Origin: the human T2T-CHM13v2.0 reference genome, Homo sapiens
Direction: 5' to 3' (one strand)
NCBI RefSeq assembly: GCF_009914755.1
Contig: NC_060927.1
DNA length: 64,000 nucleotides
Below, one piece after another: positions 1-15,850 of the stretch. The notes beneath the pieces were generated by a model. That model was given only the letters and a program-made list of their open reading frames with translations. It did no database searches and was not told where the DNA came from. The position numbers and the translations under genes are program-made. The number at the start of each line of letters is the position of its first letter. Position 1 is the first letter of the stretch.

Positions 1-199
1 ATTATATACTGTACATAAAATATCAAAGTACCCCAAATATATATTATATACTCTACATGAAATATCAAAGTTCACAAGCTATATATTATATACTGTATAT
101 AAAATATCAAAGTACCCAAGGTATATATTCTATACTGTACAAAAAATATCAAAGTACCCAAAGCATGTATTATATACTGTACATAAAATATGAAAGTAC

Positions 200-3100
200 A
201 TCAAATATATATTTAATTCTGTACTTAATATATCAAAGTACACCGGATATATATTCTATAGTGTACATAAAATAACAAAGTATACAAACTATAAATTATA
301 TACTGTACATAAAATATGAAATTACATCAAATATATATTAGGTACATAAAATATGAAAGTACATCAAATATAGATTATATACTGTACATAAAATATCAAT
401 GTACCCCAAATATATATTTTATACTATACATGAAATATCAAAGTTCACAAACCATATTTTGTATACTGTACATAAAATATCAAAGTACCCAAGGTATATA
501 TTTTATAGTCTACAAAAAATATCAAAATACCCAAAGCATGTATTATATACTGTACATAAAATATGAAAGTACATCGAATATATATTTTATTCTGTACATA
601 AAATATCAAAGTACACCAGATATATATTCTATAGTGTACATAAAATATCAAAGTACCCAAACTATACATTATATTCTGTACATAAAACATGAAATTACAT
701 CAAATATATATTAGGTACATAAAATATGAAAGTACATCAAATATAGATTATATACTGTACATAAAATATCAAAGTACCCCAAATATATATTATATACTCT
801 ACATGAAATATCAAAGTTCACAAACTATATATTATATTCTGTACATAAAATATGAAATTACATCAAATATATATTATATTAGGTATATAAAATATGAAAG
901 TACATCAAATATATATTTTATTCTGTACATAAAATATCAATGTACACCAGATATATATTCTATAGTGTACATAAAATATCAAAGTACCCAAACTATACAT
1001 TATATACAGTACATAAAATATGAAATTACTTCAAATATATATTATATTAGGTACATAAAATATGAAAGTACATCAAATATAGATTATATACTGTACATAA
1101 AATATCAAAGTACCCCAAATATATATTATATTCTCTACATGAAATATCGAAGTTCACAAACTATATATTATATACTGTACATAAAATATCAAAGTACCCA
1201 AGGTATATATTCTATACTGCACAAAAAATTTCAAAGTACCCAAATCATGTATTATATACTGTATATAAAATATGAAAGTACATCAAATATATATTTTATT
1301 CTGTACATAAAATATCAAAGTACACCAGATATATATTCTATAGTGTACATAAAATAACAAAGTACACAAACTATAAATTATATACTGTACATAAAATATG
1401 AAATTTCATCAAATATATATTAGGTACATAAAATATGAAAGTACATCAAATATAGATTATATACTGTACATATATTATCAATGTACCCCAAATATGTATT
1501 TTATACTCTACATGAATTATCAAAGTTCACAAACCATATATTATATACTGTACATAAAATATCAAAGTACCCAAGGTATATATTCTATACTGTACAAAAA
1601 ATATCAAAGTACCCAAAGCATGTTTTATATACTGTACATAAAATATGAAAGTACATCAAATATATATTTTATTCTGTACATAAAATATCAAAGTACACCA
1701 GATATATATTCTACAGTGTACATAAAATATCAATGTATCCAAACTATACATTATATACTGTACATAAAATATGAAATTACATCAAATATATTTTATATTA
1801 GGTACATAAAATATGAAAGCACATCAAATATTGATTATATACTGTACATAAAATATCAAAGTACCCCAAATATATATTATATACTCTACATGAAATATCA
1901 AAGTTCACAAACTATATATTATATACTGTACATAAAATAAAGTACCCAAGGTACATATTCTATACTGTACAAAAAATATCAAAGTACCCAAAGCATGTAT
2001 TATATACTGTATATAAAATATGAAATTACATCAAATATATATTTTATTCTGTACGTAAAATATCAAAGTACACCAGATATATATTCTATAGTGTACATAA
2101 AATAACAAAGTACAAAAACTATAAATTATATACTGTACATAAAATATGAAATTACATCAAATATATATTAGGTACATAAAATATGAAAGTACATCAAATA
2201 TAGATTATATACTGTACATTAAATACCAAAGTACCCCAAATATATATTTTATACTGTACATGAAATATCAAAGTTCACAAACTATATATTATATACTGTA
2301 CATAAAATATCAAAGTACCCAAGGTATATATTCTATACTGTACAAAAGATATCAACGTACCCAAAGCATGTATTATATACTGTACATAAAATATGAAAGT
2401 ACATCAAATATATATTTTATTCTGTACATAAAATATCAAAGTACACCAGATATATATTCTATAGTGTACATAAAATAACAAAGTACACAAACTATACATT
2501 ATATACTGTACATAAAATATGAAATTACATCAAATATATATTATGTACATAAAATATGAAAGTACATCAAATATAGATTATATACTGAACATATAATATC
2601 AATGTACCCCAAATATATATTTTATACTCTATATGAAATATCAAAGTTCAGAAACCATACATTATATACTGTACATAAAATATCAAAGTACCCAAGGTAT
2701 ATATTCTATACTGTACAAAAAATATCAAAGTACCCAAAGCATGTATTATATACTGTACATAAAATATGAAAGTACATCAAATATATATTTTATTCTGTAC
2801 ATAAAATATCAAAGTACACCAGATATATATTCTATAGTGTACATAAAATATCAAAGTACCCAAACTATACATTATATACTGTACATAAAATATGAAATTA
2901 CATCAAATATATATTAGGTACATAAAATATGAAAGTACATAAAATATAGATTATATACTGTACATAAAATATCAAAGTACCCCAAATATATATTATATAC
3001 TCTACATGAAATATCAAATTTCACAAACTATATATTATATACTGTACATAAAATATCAAAGTACCCAAGGTATATATTCTATACTGTACAAAAAATATCA

Positions 3101-6100
3101 GAGTACCCAAAGCATGTATTATGTACTGTATATAAAATATGAAAGTACATTAAAGATATATTTTATTCTGTACAAAAAATATCAAAGTACACCAGATATA
3201 TATTCTATAGTGTACATAAAATAACAATGTACACAAACTATAAATTATATACTGTACATAAAATATGAAATTACATCAAATATATATTAGGTACATAAAA
3301 TATGAAAGTACATCAAATATAGATTATATACTGTACATGTAATATCAATGTACCCCAAATATATATTTTATACTCTACATGAAATATCAAAGTTCACAAA
3401 CCATACATTATATACTGTACATAAAATATCAAAGTACCCAAGGTATATATTCTATACTGTACAAATAATATCAAACTACCCAAAGCATGTATTATAAACT
3501 GTACATAAAATATGAAAGTACATCAAATATATATTTTATTCTGTACATAAAATATCAAAGTACACCAGATATATATTCTATAGTGTACATAAAATATCAA
3601 AGTACCCAAACTATACATTATATACTGTACATAAAATATGAAATTACATCAAATATATATTAGGTACATAAAATATGAAAGTACATCAAATATAGATTAT
3701 ATACTGTACATAAAATATCAAAGTACCCCAAATATATATTATATACTCTACATGAAATATCAAAGTTCACAAACTATATATTATATACTGTACATAAAAT
3801 ATCAAAGTACCCAAGGTATATATTCTATATTGTACAAAAAATATCAAAGTACCCAAAGGATGTATTATATACTGTACATAAAATATGAAAGTACATCAAA
3901 TATATATTTTATTCTGTACATAAAATATCAAAGTACACCAGATATATATTCTATAGTGTACATAAAATAACAAAGTACACAAACTATACATTATATACTG
4001 TACATAAAATATGAAATTACATCAAATATATTTTAGGTACATAAAATATGAAAGTACATCAAATATAGATTATATACTGTACATAAAATATCAATGTACC
4101 CCAAATATATATTTTATACTCTACATGAAATATCAAAGTTCACAAACCATATATTGTATACTGTACATAAAATATCAAAGTACCCAAGGTATATATTCTA
4201 TACTATAAAAAAAATATCAAAGTACCCAAAGCATGTGTTATTTACTGTACATAAAATATGAAAGTACATCAAATATATATTTTATTCTGTACATAAAATA
4301 TCAAAGTACACCAGATATATATTCTATAGTGTACATAATATATCAAAATACCCAAACTATACTTTATATACTGTACATAAAATATGAGATTTCATCAAAT
4401 ATATATTATATTAGGTACATAAAATATGAAAGTACATCAAATATAGATTATATACTGTGCATAAAATATCAAAGTACCCCAAATATATATTATATACTCT
4501 ACATGAAATATCAAAGTTCACAAACTATATATTATATACTGTACATAAAATATCAAAGTACCCAAGGTATATATTCTATACTGTACAAAAAATATCAAAG
4601 TACCCAAAGCATGTATTATATATTGTATATAAAATAAGAAAGTACATTAAATACATATTTTATTCTGTACATAAAATATCAAAGTACACCAGATATATAT
4701 TCTATAGCGTACATAAAATAACAAAGTACACAAACTATAAATTATATACTGTACATAAAATATGAAATTACATCAAATATATATTAGGTACATAAAATAT
4801 GAAAGTACATCAAATATAGATTATATACTGAACATATAATATCAATGTACCCCAAATATATATTTTATACTCTACATGAAATATCAAAGTTCAGAAACCA
4901 TACATTATATACTGTACATAAAATATCAAAGTACCCAAGGTATATATTCTATAATGTACAAAAAATATCAAAGTACCCAAAGCATGTATTATATACTGTA
5001 CATAAAATATGAAAGTACATCAAATATATATTTTATTCTGTACATAAAATATCAAAGTACACCAGATATATATTCTATAGTGTACATAAAATATCAAAGT
5101 ACCCAAACTATACATTATATACTGTACATAAAATATGAAATTACATCAAATATACATTAGGTACATAAAATATGAAAGTACATCAAATATAGATTATATA
5201 CTGTACATAAAATATCAAAGTACCCCAAATATATATTATATACTCTACATGAAATATCAAATTTCACAAACTATATATTATATACTGTACATAAAATATC
5301 AAAGTACCCAAGGTATATATTCTATACTGTACAAAAAATATCAAAGTACCCAAAGCATGTATTATATATTGTATATAAAATATGAAAGTACATTAAAGAT
5401 ATATTTTATTCTGTACATAAAATATCAAAGTACACCAGATATATATTCTATAGTGTACATAAAATAACAAAGTACACAAACTATAAATTATATACTGTAC
5501 ATAAAATATGAAATTACATCAAATATATATTAGGTACATAAAATATGAAAGTACATCAAATATAGATTATATACTGTATATAAAATATCAATGTACCCCA
5601 AATATATATTTTATACTCTACATGAAATATCAAAGTTCACAAACCATATATTATATACTGTACATAAAATATCAAAGTACCCAAGGTATATATTCTATAC
5701 TATACAAAAAATATCAAAGTACCCAAAGCATGTATTATACACTGTACATAAAATATGAAAGTACATCAAATATATATTTTATTCTGTACATAAAATATCA
5801 AAGTACACCAGATATATATTCTATAGTGTACATAAAATATCAAAATACCCAAACTATACATTATATACTGTACATAAAATACGAGATTACATCAAATATA
5901 TATTATATTAGGTACATAAAATATGAAAGTACATCAAATATAGATTATATACTGTACATAAAATATCAAAGTACCCCGAATATATATTATATACTCTACA
6001 TGAAATATCAAAGTTCACAAACTATATATTATATACTGTACATAAAATATCAAAGTACCCAAGGTATATATTCTATACTGTACAAAAGATATCAAAGTAC

Positions 6101-9100
6101 CCAAAGCATGTATTATATACTGTATATAAAATATGAAAGTACATTAAATATATATTTTATTCTGTACATAAAATATCAAAGTACACCAGATATATATTCT
6201 ATAGTGTAGATAAAATAACAAAGTACACAAACTATAAATTATATACTGTACATAAAATATGAAATTACATCAAATATATATTAGGAACATAAAATATGAA
6301 AGTACATCAAATATAGATTATATACTGAACATATAATATCAATGTACCCCAAATATATATTTGATACTCTACATGAAATATCAAAGTTCAGAAACCATAC
6401 ATTATATACTGTACATAAAATATCAAAGTACCCAAGGTATATATTCTATACTGTACAAAAAATATCAAAGTACCCAAAGCATGTATTATATACTGTACAT
6501 AATATATGAAAGTACATCAAATATATATTTTATTCTGTACATAAAATATCAAAGTACACCAGATATATATTCTATAGTGTACATAAAATATCAAAGAACC
6601 CAAACTATACATTATATACTGTACATAAAATATGAAATTACATCAAATATATATTAGGTACATAAAATATGAAAGTATATCAAATATAGATTATATACTG
6701 TACATAAAATATCAAAGTACCCCAAATATATATTATATACTCTACATGAAATATCAAAGTTCACAAACTATATATTATATACTGTACATAAAATATCAAA
6801 GTACCCAAGGTATATATTCTATACTGTACAAAAAATATCAAGGTACCCAAAGCATGTATTATATACTGTACATAAAATATGAAAGTACATCAAATATATA
6901 TTTTATTCTGTACATAAAATATCAAAGTACACCAGATATATATTCTATAGTGTACATAAAATAACAAAGTACACAAACTATACATTATATACTGTACATA
7001 AAATATGAAATTACATCAAATATATATTAGGTACATAAAATATGAAAGAACATTAAACATAGATTATATACTGTACAAAAAATATCAAAGTACCCCAAAT
7101 ATATATTATATACTCTACATGAAATATCAAAGTTCACAAACTATATATTATATACTGTACATAAAATATCAAAGTACCCAAGGTATATATTCTATACTGT
7201 AAAAAAAATATCAGAGTACCCAAAGCATGTATTATATACTGTACATAAAATATGAAAGTACATCAAATATACATTTAATTCTGTACTTAATATATCAAAG
7301 TACACCGGATATATATTCTATAGTGTACATAAAATAACAAAGTACACAAACTATAAATTATATACTGTACATAAAATATGAAATTACATCAAATATATAT
7401 TAGGTACATAAAATATGAAAGTACATCAAATATAGATTATATACTGTACATAAAATATCAATGTACCCCAAATATATATTTTATACTATACATGAAATAT
7501 CAAAGTTCACAAACCATATTTTGTATACTGTACATAAAATATCAAAGTACCCAAGGTATATATTTTATACTCTACAAAAAATATCAAAATACCCAAAGCA
7601 TGTATTATATACTGTACATAAAATATGAAAGTACATCGAATATATATTTTATTCTGTACATAAAATATCAAAGTACACCAGATATATATTCTATAGTGTA
7701 CATAAAATATCAAAGTACCCAAACTATACATTATATTCTGTACATAAAATATGAAATTACATCAAATATATATTAGGTACATAAAATATGAAAGTACATC
7801 AAATATAGATTATATACTGTACATAAAATATCAAAGTACCCCAAATATATATTATATTCTCTACATGAAATATCGAAGTTCACAAACTATATATTACATA
7901 CTGTACATAAAATATCAAAGTACCCAAGGTATATATTCTATACTGCACAAAAAATTTCAAAGTACCCAAATCATGTATTATATACTGTATATAAAATATG
8001 AAAGTACATCAAATATATATTTTATTCTGTACATAAAATATCAAAGTACACCAGATATATATTCTATAGTGTACATAAAATAACAAAGTACACAAACTAT
8101 AAATTATATACTGTACATAAAATATGAAATTTCATCAAATATATATTAGGTACATAAAATATGAAAGTACATCAAATATAGATTATATACTGTACATATA
8201 TTATCAATGTACCCCAAATATGTATTTTATACTCTACATGAATTATCAAAGTTCACAAACCATATATTATATACTCTACATAAAATATCAAAGTACCCAA
8301 GGTATATATTCTATACTGTACAAAAAATATCAAAGTACCCAAAGCATGTTTTATATACTGTACATAAAATATGAAAGTACATCAAATATATATTTTATTC
8401 TGTACATAAAATATCAAAGTACACCAGATATATATTCTACAGTGTACATAAAATATCAAAGTACCCAAACTATACATTATATACTGTACATAAAATATGA
8501 AATTACATCAAATATATTTTATATTAGGTACATAAAATATGAAAGTACATCAAATATAGATTATATACTGTACATTAAATACCAAAGTACCCCAAATATA
8601 TATTTTATACTGTACATGAAATATCAAAGTTCACAAACTATATATTATATACTGTACATATAATATCAAAGTACCCAAGGTATATATTCTATACTGTACA
8701 AAAAATAACAAAGTACCAAAAGCATGTATTATATACTGTACCTAAAATATGAAAGTACATGAAATATATATTTTATTCTGTACATAAAATATCAAAGTAC
8801 ACCAGATATATATTCTATAGTGTACATAAAATATCAAAATACCCAAACTATACATTATATACTGTACATAAAATATGAAATTACATCAAATATATATTAT
8901 ATTAGGTACATAAAATATGAAAGTACATCAAATATAGATTATATACTGTACATTAAATACCAAAGTACCCCAAATATATATTTTATACTGTACGTGAAAT
9001 ATCAAAGTTCACAAACTATATATTATATACTGTACATAAAATATCAAAGTACCCAAGGTATATATTCTATACTGTACAAAAAATATCAAATTACCCAAAG

Positions 9101-12100
9101 CATGTATTATATACTGTACCTAAAATATGAAAGTACATCAAATATATATTTTATTCTGTACATAAAATATCAAAGTACACCAGATATATATTCTATAGTG
9201 TACATAAAATAACAAAGTACAAAAACTATAAATTATATACTGTACATAAAATATGAAATTACACCAAATATATATTAGGTACATAAAATATGAAAGTACA
9301 TCAAATATAGATTATATACTGTACATATAATATCAATGTACCCCAAATATATATTTTATACTCTACATGAAATATCAAAGTTCACAAACCATATATTATA
9401 TACTGTACATAAAATATCAAAGTACCCAAGGTATATATTCTATACTATTCAAAAAATATCAAAGTAACCAAAGCATGTATTATATACTGTACATAAAATA
9501 TGAAAGTACATCAAATATATATTTTATTCTGTACATAAAATATCAAAGTACACCAGATATATATTCTATAGTGTACATAAAATATCAAAGTACCCAAACT
9601 ATACATTACATACTGTACATAAAATATGAAATTACATCAAATATATATTATATTAGGTACATAAAATATGAAAGTACATCAAATATAGATTATATACTGT
9701 ACATAAAATATCAAAGTACCCCAAATATATATTATATACTCTACATGAAATATCAAAGTTCACAAACTATATATTATATACTGTACATAAAATAAAGTAC
9801 CCAAGGTACATATTCTATACTGTACAAAAAATATCAAAGTACCCAAAGCATGTATTATATACTGTATATAAAATATGAAATTACATCAAATATATATTTT
9901 ATTCTGTACGTAAAATATCAAAGTACACCAGATATATATTCTATAGTGTACATAAAATAACAAAGTACAAAAACTATAAATTATATACTGTACATAAAAT
10001 ATGAAATTACATCAAATATATATTAGGTACATAAAATATGAAAGTACATCAAATATAGATTATATACTGTACATAAAATACCAAAGTACCCCAAATATAT
10101 ATTTTATACTGTACATGAAATATCAAAGTTCACAAACTATATATTATATACTGTACATAAAATATCAAAGTACCCAAGGTATATATTCTATACTGTACAA
10201 AAGATATCAACGTACCCAAAGCATGTATTATATACTGTACATAAAATATGAAAGTACATCAAATATATATTTTATTCTGTACATAAAATATCAAAGTACA
10301 CCAGATATATATTCTATAGTGTACAAAAAATAACAAAGTACACAAACTATACATTATATACTGTACATAAAATATGAAATTACATCAAATATATATTATG
10401 TACATAAAATATGAAAGTACATCAAATATAGATTATATACTGAACATATAATATCAATGTACCCCAAATATATATTTTATACTCTATATGAAATATCAAA
10501 GTTCAGAAACCATACATTATATACTGTACATAAAATATCAAAGTACCCAAGGTATATATTCTATACTGTACAAAAAATATCAAAGTACCCAAAGCATGTA
10601 TTATATACTGTACATAAAATATGAAAGTACATCAAATATATATTTTATTCTGTACATAAAATATCAAAGTACACCAGATATATATTCTATAGTGTACATA
10701 AAATATCAAAGTACCCAAACTATACATTATATACTGTACATAAAATATGAAATTACATCAAATATATATTAGGTACATAAAATATGAAAGTACATAAAAT
10801 ATAGATTATATACTGTACATAAAATATCAAAGTACCCCAAATATATATTATATACTCTACATGAAATATCAAATTTCACAAACTATATATTATATACTGT
10901 ACATAAAATATCAAAGTACCCAAGGTATATATTCTATACTGTACAAAAAATATCAGAGTATCCAAAGCATGTATTATATACTGTATATAAAATATGAAAG
11001 TACATTAAAGATATATTTTATTCTGTACAAAAAATATCAAAGTACACCAGATATATATTCTACAGTGTACATAAAATAACAATGTACACAAACTATAAAT
11101 TATATACTGTACATAAAATATGAAATTACATCAAATATATATTAGGTACATAAAATATGAAAGTACATCAAATATAGATTATATACTGTACATGTAATAT
11201 CAATGTACCCCAAATATATATTTTATACTCTACATGAAATATCAAAGTTCACAAACCATACATTATATACTGTACATAAAATATCAAAGTACCCAAGGTA
11301 TATATTCTATACTGTACAAATAATATCAAACTACCCAAAGCATGTATTATAAACTGTACATAAAATATGAAAGTACATCAAATATATATTTTATTCTGTA
11401 CATAAAATATCAAAGTACACCAGATACATATTCTATAGTGTACATAAAATATCAAAGTACCCAAACTATACATTATATACTGTACATAAAATATGAAATT
11501 ACATCAAATATATATTAGGTACATAAAATATGAAAGTACATCAAATATAGATTATATACTGTACATAAAATATCAAAGTACCCCAAATATATATTATATA
11601 CTCTACATGAAATATCAAAGTTCACAAACTATATATTATATACTGTACATAAAATATCAAAGTACCCAAGGTATATATTCTATACTGTACAAAAAATATC
11701 AAAGTACCCAAAGGATGTATTATATACTGTACATAAAATATGAAAGTACATCAAATATATATTTTATTCTGTACATAAAATATCAAAGTACACCAGATAT
11801 ATATTCTATAGTGTGCATAAAATAACAAAGTACACAAACTATACATTATATACTGTACATAAAATATGAAATTACATCAAATATATTTTAGGTACATAAA
11901 ATATGAAAGTACATCAAATATAGATTATATACTGTACATAAAATATCAATGTACCCCAAATATATATTTTATACTCTACATGAAATATCAAAGTTCAGAA
12001 ACCATATATTATATACTGTACATAAAATATCAAAGTACCCAAGGTATATATTCTATACTATAAAAAAAATATCAAAGTACCCAAAGCCTGTGTTATTTAC

Positions 12101-15100
12101 TGTACATAAAATATGAAAGTACATCAAATATATATTTTATTCTGTACATAAAATATCAAAGTACACCAGATATATATTCTATAGTGTACATAATATATCA
12201 AAATACCCAAACTATACATTATATACTGTACATAAAATATGAGATTACATCAAATATATATTATATTAGGTACATAAAATATGAAAGTACATCAAATATA
12301 GATTATATACTGTGCATAAAATATCAAAGTACCCCAAATATATATTATATACTCTATATGAAATATCAAAGTTCACAAACTATATATTATATACTGTACA
12401 TAAAATATCAAAGTACCCAAGGTATATATTCTATACTGTACAAAAAATATCAAAGTACCCAAAGCATGTATTATATACTGTATATAAAATAAGAAAGTAC
12501 ATTAAATACATATTTTATTCTGTACATAAAATATCAAAGTACACCAGATATATATTCTATAGCGTACATAAAATAACAAAGTACACAAACTATAAATTAT
12601 TTACTGTACATAAAATATGAAATTACATCAAATATATATTAGGTACATAAAATATGAAAGTACATCAAATATAGATTATATACTGAACATATAATATCAA
12701 TGTACCCCAAATATATATTTTATACTCTACATGAAATATCAAAGTTCAGAAACCATACATTATATACTGTACATAAAATATCAAAGTACCCAAGGTATAT
12801 ATTCTATAATGTACAAAAAATATCAAAGTACCCAAAGCATGTATTATATACTGTACATAAAATATGAAAGTACATCAAATATATATTTTATTCTGTACAT
12901 AAAATATCAAAGTACACCAGATATATATTCTATAGTGTACATAAAATATCAAAGTATCCAAACTATACATTATATACTGTACATAAAATATGAAATTACA
13001 TCAAATATACATTAGGTACATAAAATATGAAAGTACATCAAATATAGATTATATACTGTACATAAAATATCAAAGTACCCCAAATATATATTATATACTC
13101 TACATGAAATATCAAATTTCACAAACTATATATTATATACTGTACATAAAATATCAAAGTACCCAAGGTATATATTCTATACTGTACAAAAAATATCAAA
13201 GTACCCAAAGCATGTATTATATATTGTATATAAAATATGAAAGTACATTAAAGATATATTTTATTCTGTACATAAAATATCAAAGTACACCAGATATATA
13301 TTCTATAGTGTACATAAAATAACAAAGTACACAAACTATAAATTATATACTGTACATAAAATATGAAATTACATCAAATATATATTAGGTACATAAAATA
13401 TGAAAGTACATCAAATATAGATTATATACTGTATATAAAATATCAATGTACCCCAAATATATATTTTATACTCTACATGAAATATCAAAGTTCACAAACC
13501 ATATATTATATACTGTACATAAAATATCAAAGTACCCAAGGTATATATTCTATACTATACAAAAAATATCAAAGTACCCAAAGCATGTATTATACACTGT
13601 ACATAAAATATGAAAGTACATCAAATATATATTTTATTCTGTACATAAAATATCAAAGTACACTAGATATATATTCTATAGTGTACATAAAATATCAAAA
13701 TACCCAAACTATACATTATATACTGTACATAAAATACGAGATTACATCAAATATATATTATATTAGGTACATAAAATATGAAAGTACATCAAATATAGAT
13801 TATATACTGTACATAAAATATCAAAGTACCCCGAATATATATTATATACTCTACATGAAATATCAAAGTTCACAAACTATATATTATATACTGTACATAA
13901 AATATCAAAGTACCCAAGGTATATATTCTATACTGTACAAAAGATATCAAAGTACCCAAAGCATGTATTATATACTGTATATAAAATATGAAAGTACATT
14001 AAATATATATTTTATTCTGTACATAAAATATCAAAGTACACCAGATATATATTCTATAGTGTAGATAAAATAACAAAGTACACAAACTATAAATTATATA
14101 CTGTACATAAAATATGAAATTACATCAAATATATATTAGGTACATAAAATATGAAAGTACATCAAATATAGATTATATACTGAACATATAATATCAATGT
14201 ACCCCAAATATATATTTGATACTCTACATGAAATATCAAAGTTCAGAAACCATACATTATATACTGTACATAAAATATCAAAGTTCCCAAGGTATATATT
14301 CTATACTGTACAAAAAATATCAAAGTACCCAAAGCATGTATTATATACTGTACATAATATATGAAAGTACATCAAATATATATTTTATTCTGTACATAAA
14401 ATATCAAAGTACACCAGATATATATTCTATAGTGTACATAAAATATCAAAGAACCCAAACTATACATTATATACTGTACATAAAATATGAAATTACATCA
14501 AATATATATTAGGTACATAAAATATGAAAGTATATCAAATATAGATTATATATTGTACATAAAATATCAAAGTACCCCAAATATATATTATATACTCTAC
14601 ATGAAATATCAAAGTTCACAAACTATATATTATATACTGTACATAAAATATCAAAGTACCCAAGGTATATATTCTATACTGTACAAAAAATATCAAGGTA
14701 CCCAAAGCATGTATTATATACTGTACATAAAATATGAAAGTACATCAAATATATATTTTATTCTGTACATAAAATATCAAAGTACACCAGATATATATTC
14801 TATAGTGTACATAAAATAACAAAGTACACAAACTATACATTATATACTGTACATAAAATATGAAATTACATCAAATATATATTAGGTACATAAAATATGA
14901 AAGAACATTAAACATAGATTATATACTGTACAAAAAATATCAAAGTACCCCAAATATATATTATATACTCTACATGAAATATCAAAGTTCACAAACTATA
15001 TATTATATACTGTACATAAAATATCAAAGTACCCAAGGTATATATTCTATACTGTAAAAAAAATATCAGAGTACCCAAAGCATGTATTATATACTGTACA

Positions 15101-15850
15101 TAAAATATGAAAGTACATCAAATATATATTTAATTCTGTACTTAATATATCAAAGTACACCGGATATATATTCTATAGTGTACATAAAATAACAAAGTAC
15201 ACAAACTATAAATTATATACTGTACATAAAATATGAAATTACATCAAATATATATTAGGTACATAAAATATGAAAGTACATCAAATATAGATTATATACT
15301 GTACATAAAATATCAATGTACCCCAAATATATATTTTATACTATACATGAAATATCAAAGTTCACAAACCATATTTTGTATACTGTACATAAAATATCAA
15401 AGTACCCAAGGTATATATTTTATACTCTACAAAAAATATCAAAATACCCAAAGCATGTATTATATACTGTACATAAAATATGAAAGTACATCGAATATAT
15501 ATTTTATTCTGTACATAAAATATCAAAGTACACCAGATATATATTCTATAGTGTACATAAAATATCAAAGTACCCAAACTATACATTATATTCTGTACAT
15601 AAAATATGAAATTACATCAAATATATATTAGGTACATAAAATATGAAAGTACATCAAATATAGATTATATACTGTACATAAAATATCAAAGTACCCCAAA
15701 TATATATTATATACTCTACATGAAATATCAAAGTTCACAAACTATATATTATATTCTGTACATAAAATATGAAATTACATCAAATATATAGTATATTAGG
15801 TACATAAAATATGAAAGTACATCAAATATATATTTTATTCTGTACATAAA
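200..15850 (+). repeat. Domain of ~7-8 kb tandem super-repeats (7062-bp and 7855-bp copies plus the start of a third)
   Basis: ORF offsets of 7855 (2146/10001, 5508/13363, 7378/15233), 7062 (316/7378) and 6726 (1398/8124). Shared rare variants include CACCGGAT, CAACGTAC, AGAACATTAAAC and a 3-bp deletion in M4. Edges are approximate. Confidence 0.9.
341..713 (+). repeat. Example of the 373-bp HOR variant (5-bp deletion in M9)
   Basis: Boundaries at 341 and 714. The M9 tail reads ATATATATTAGGTAC instead of ATATATATTATATTAGGTAC. This explains the many 373-bp ORF spacings (316/689, 6632/7005/7378/7751/8124). Confidence 0.95.

Noticed and set aside
445-690. Minus-strand ORFs (also 7507, 15362, 40484, 43107, 50169, 58024)
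   Set aside because: They arise where point variants remove the usual antisense stops in one HOR lineage, and recur only because that HOR was duplicated.
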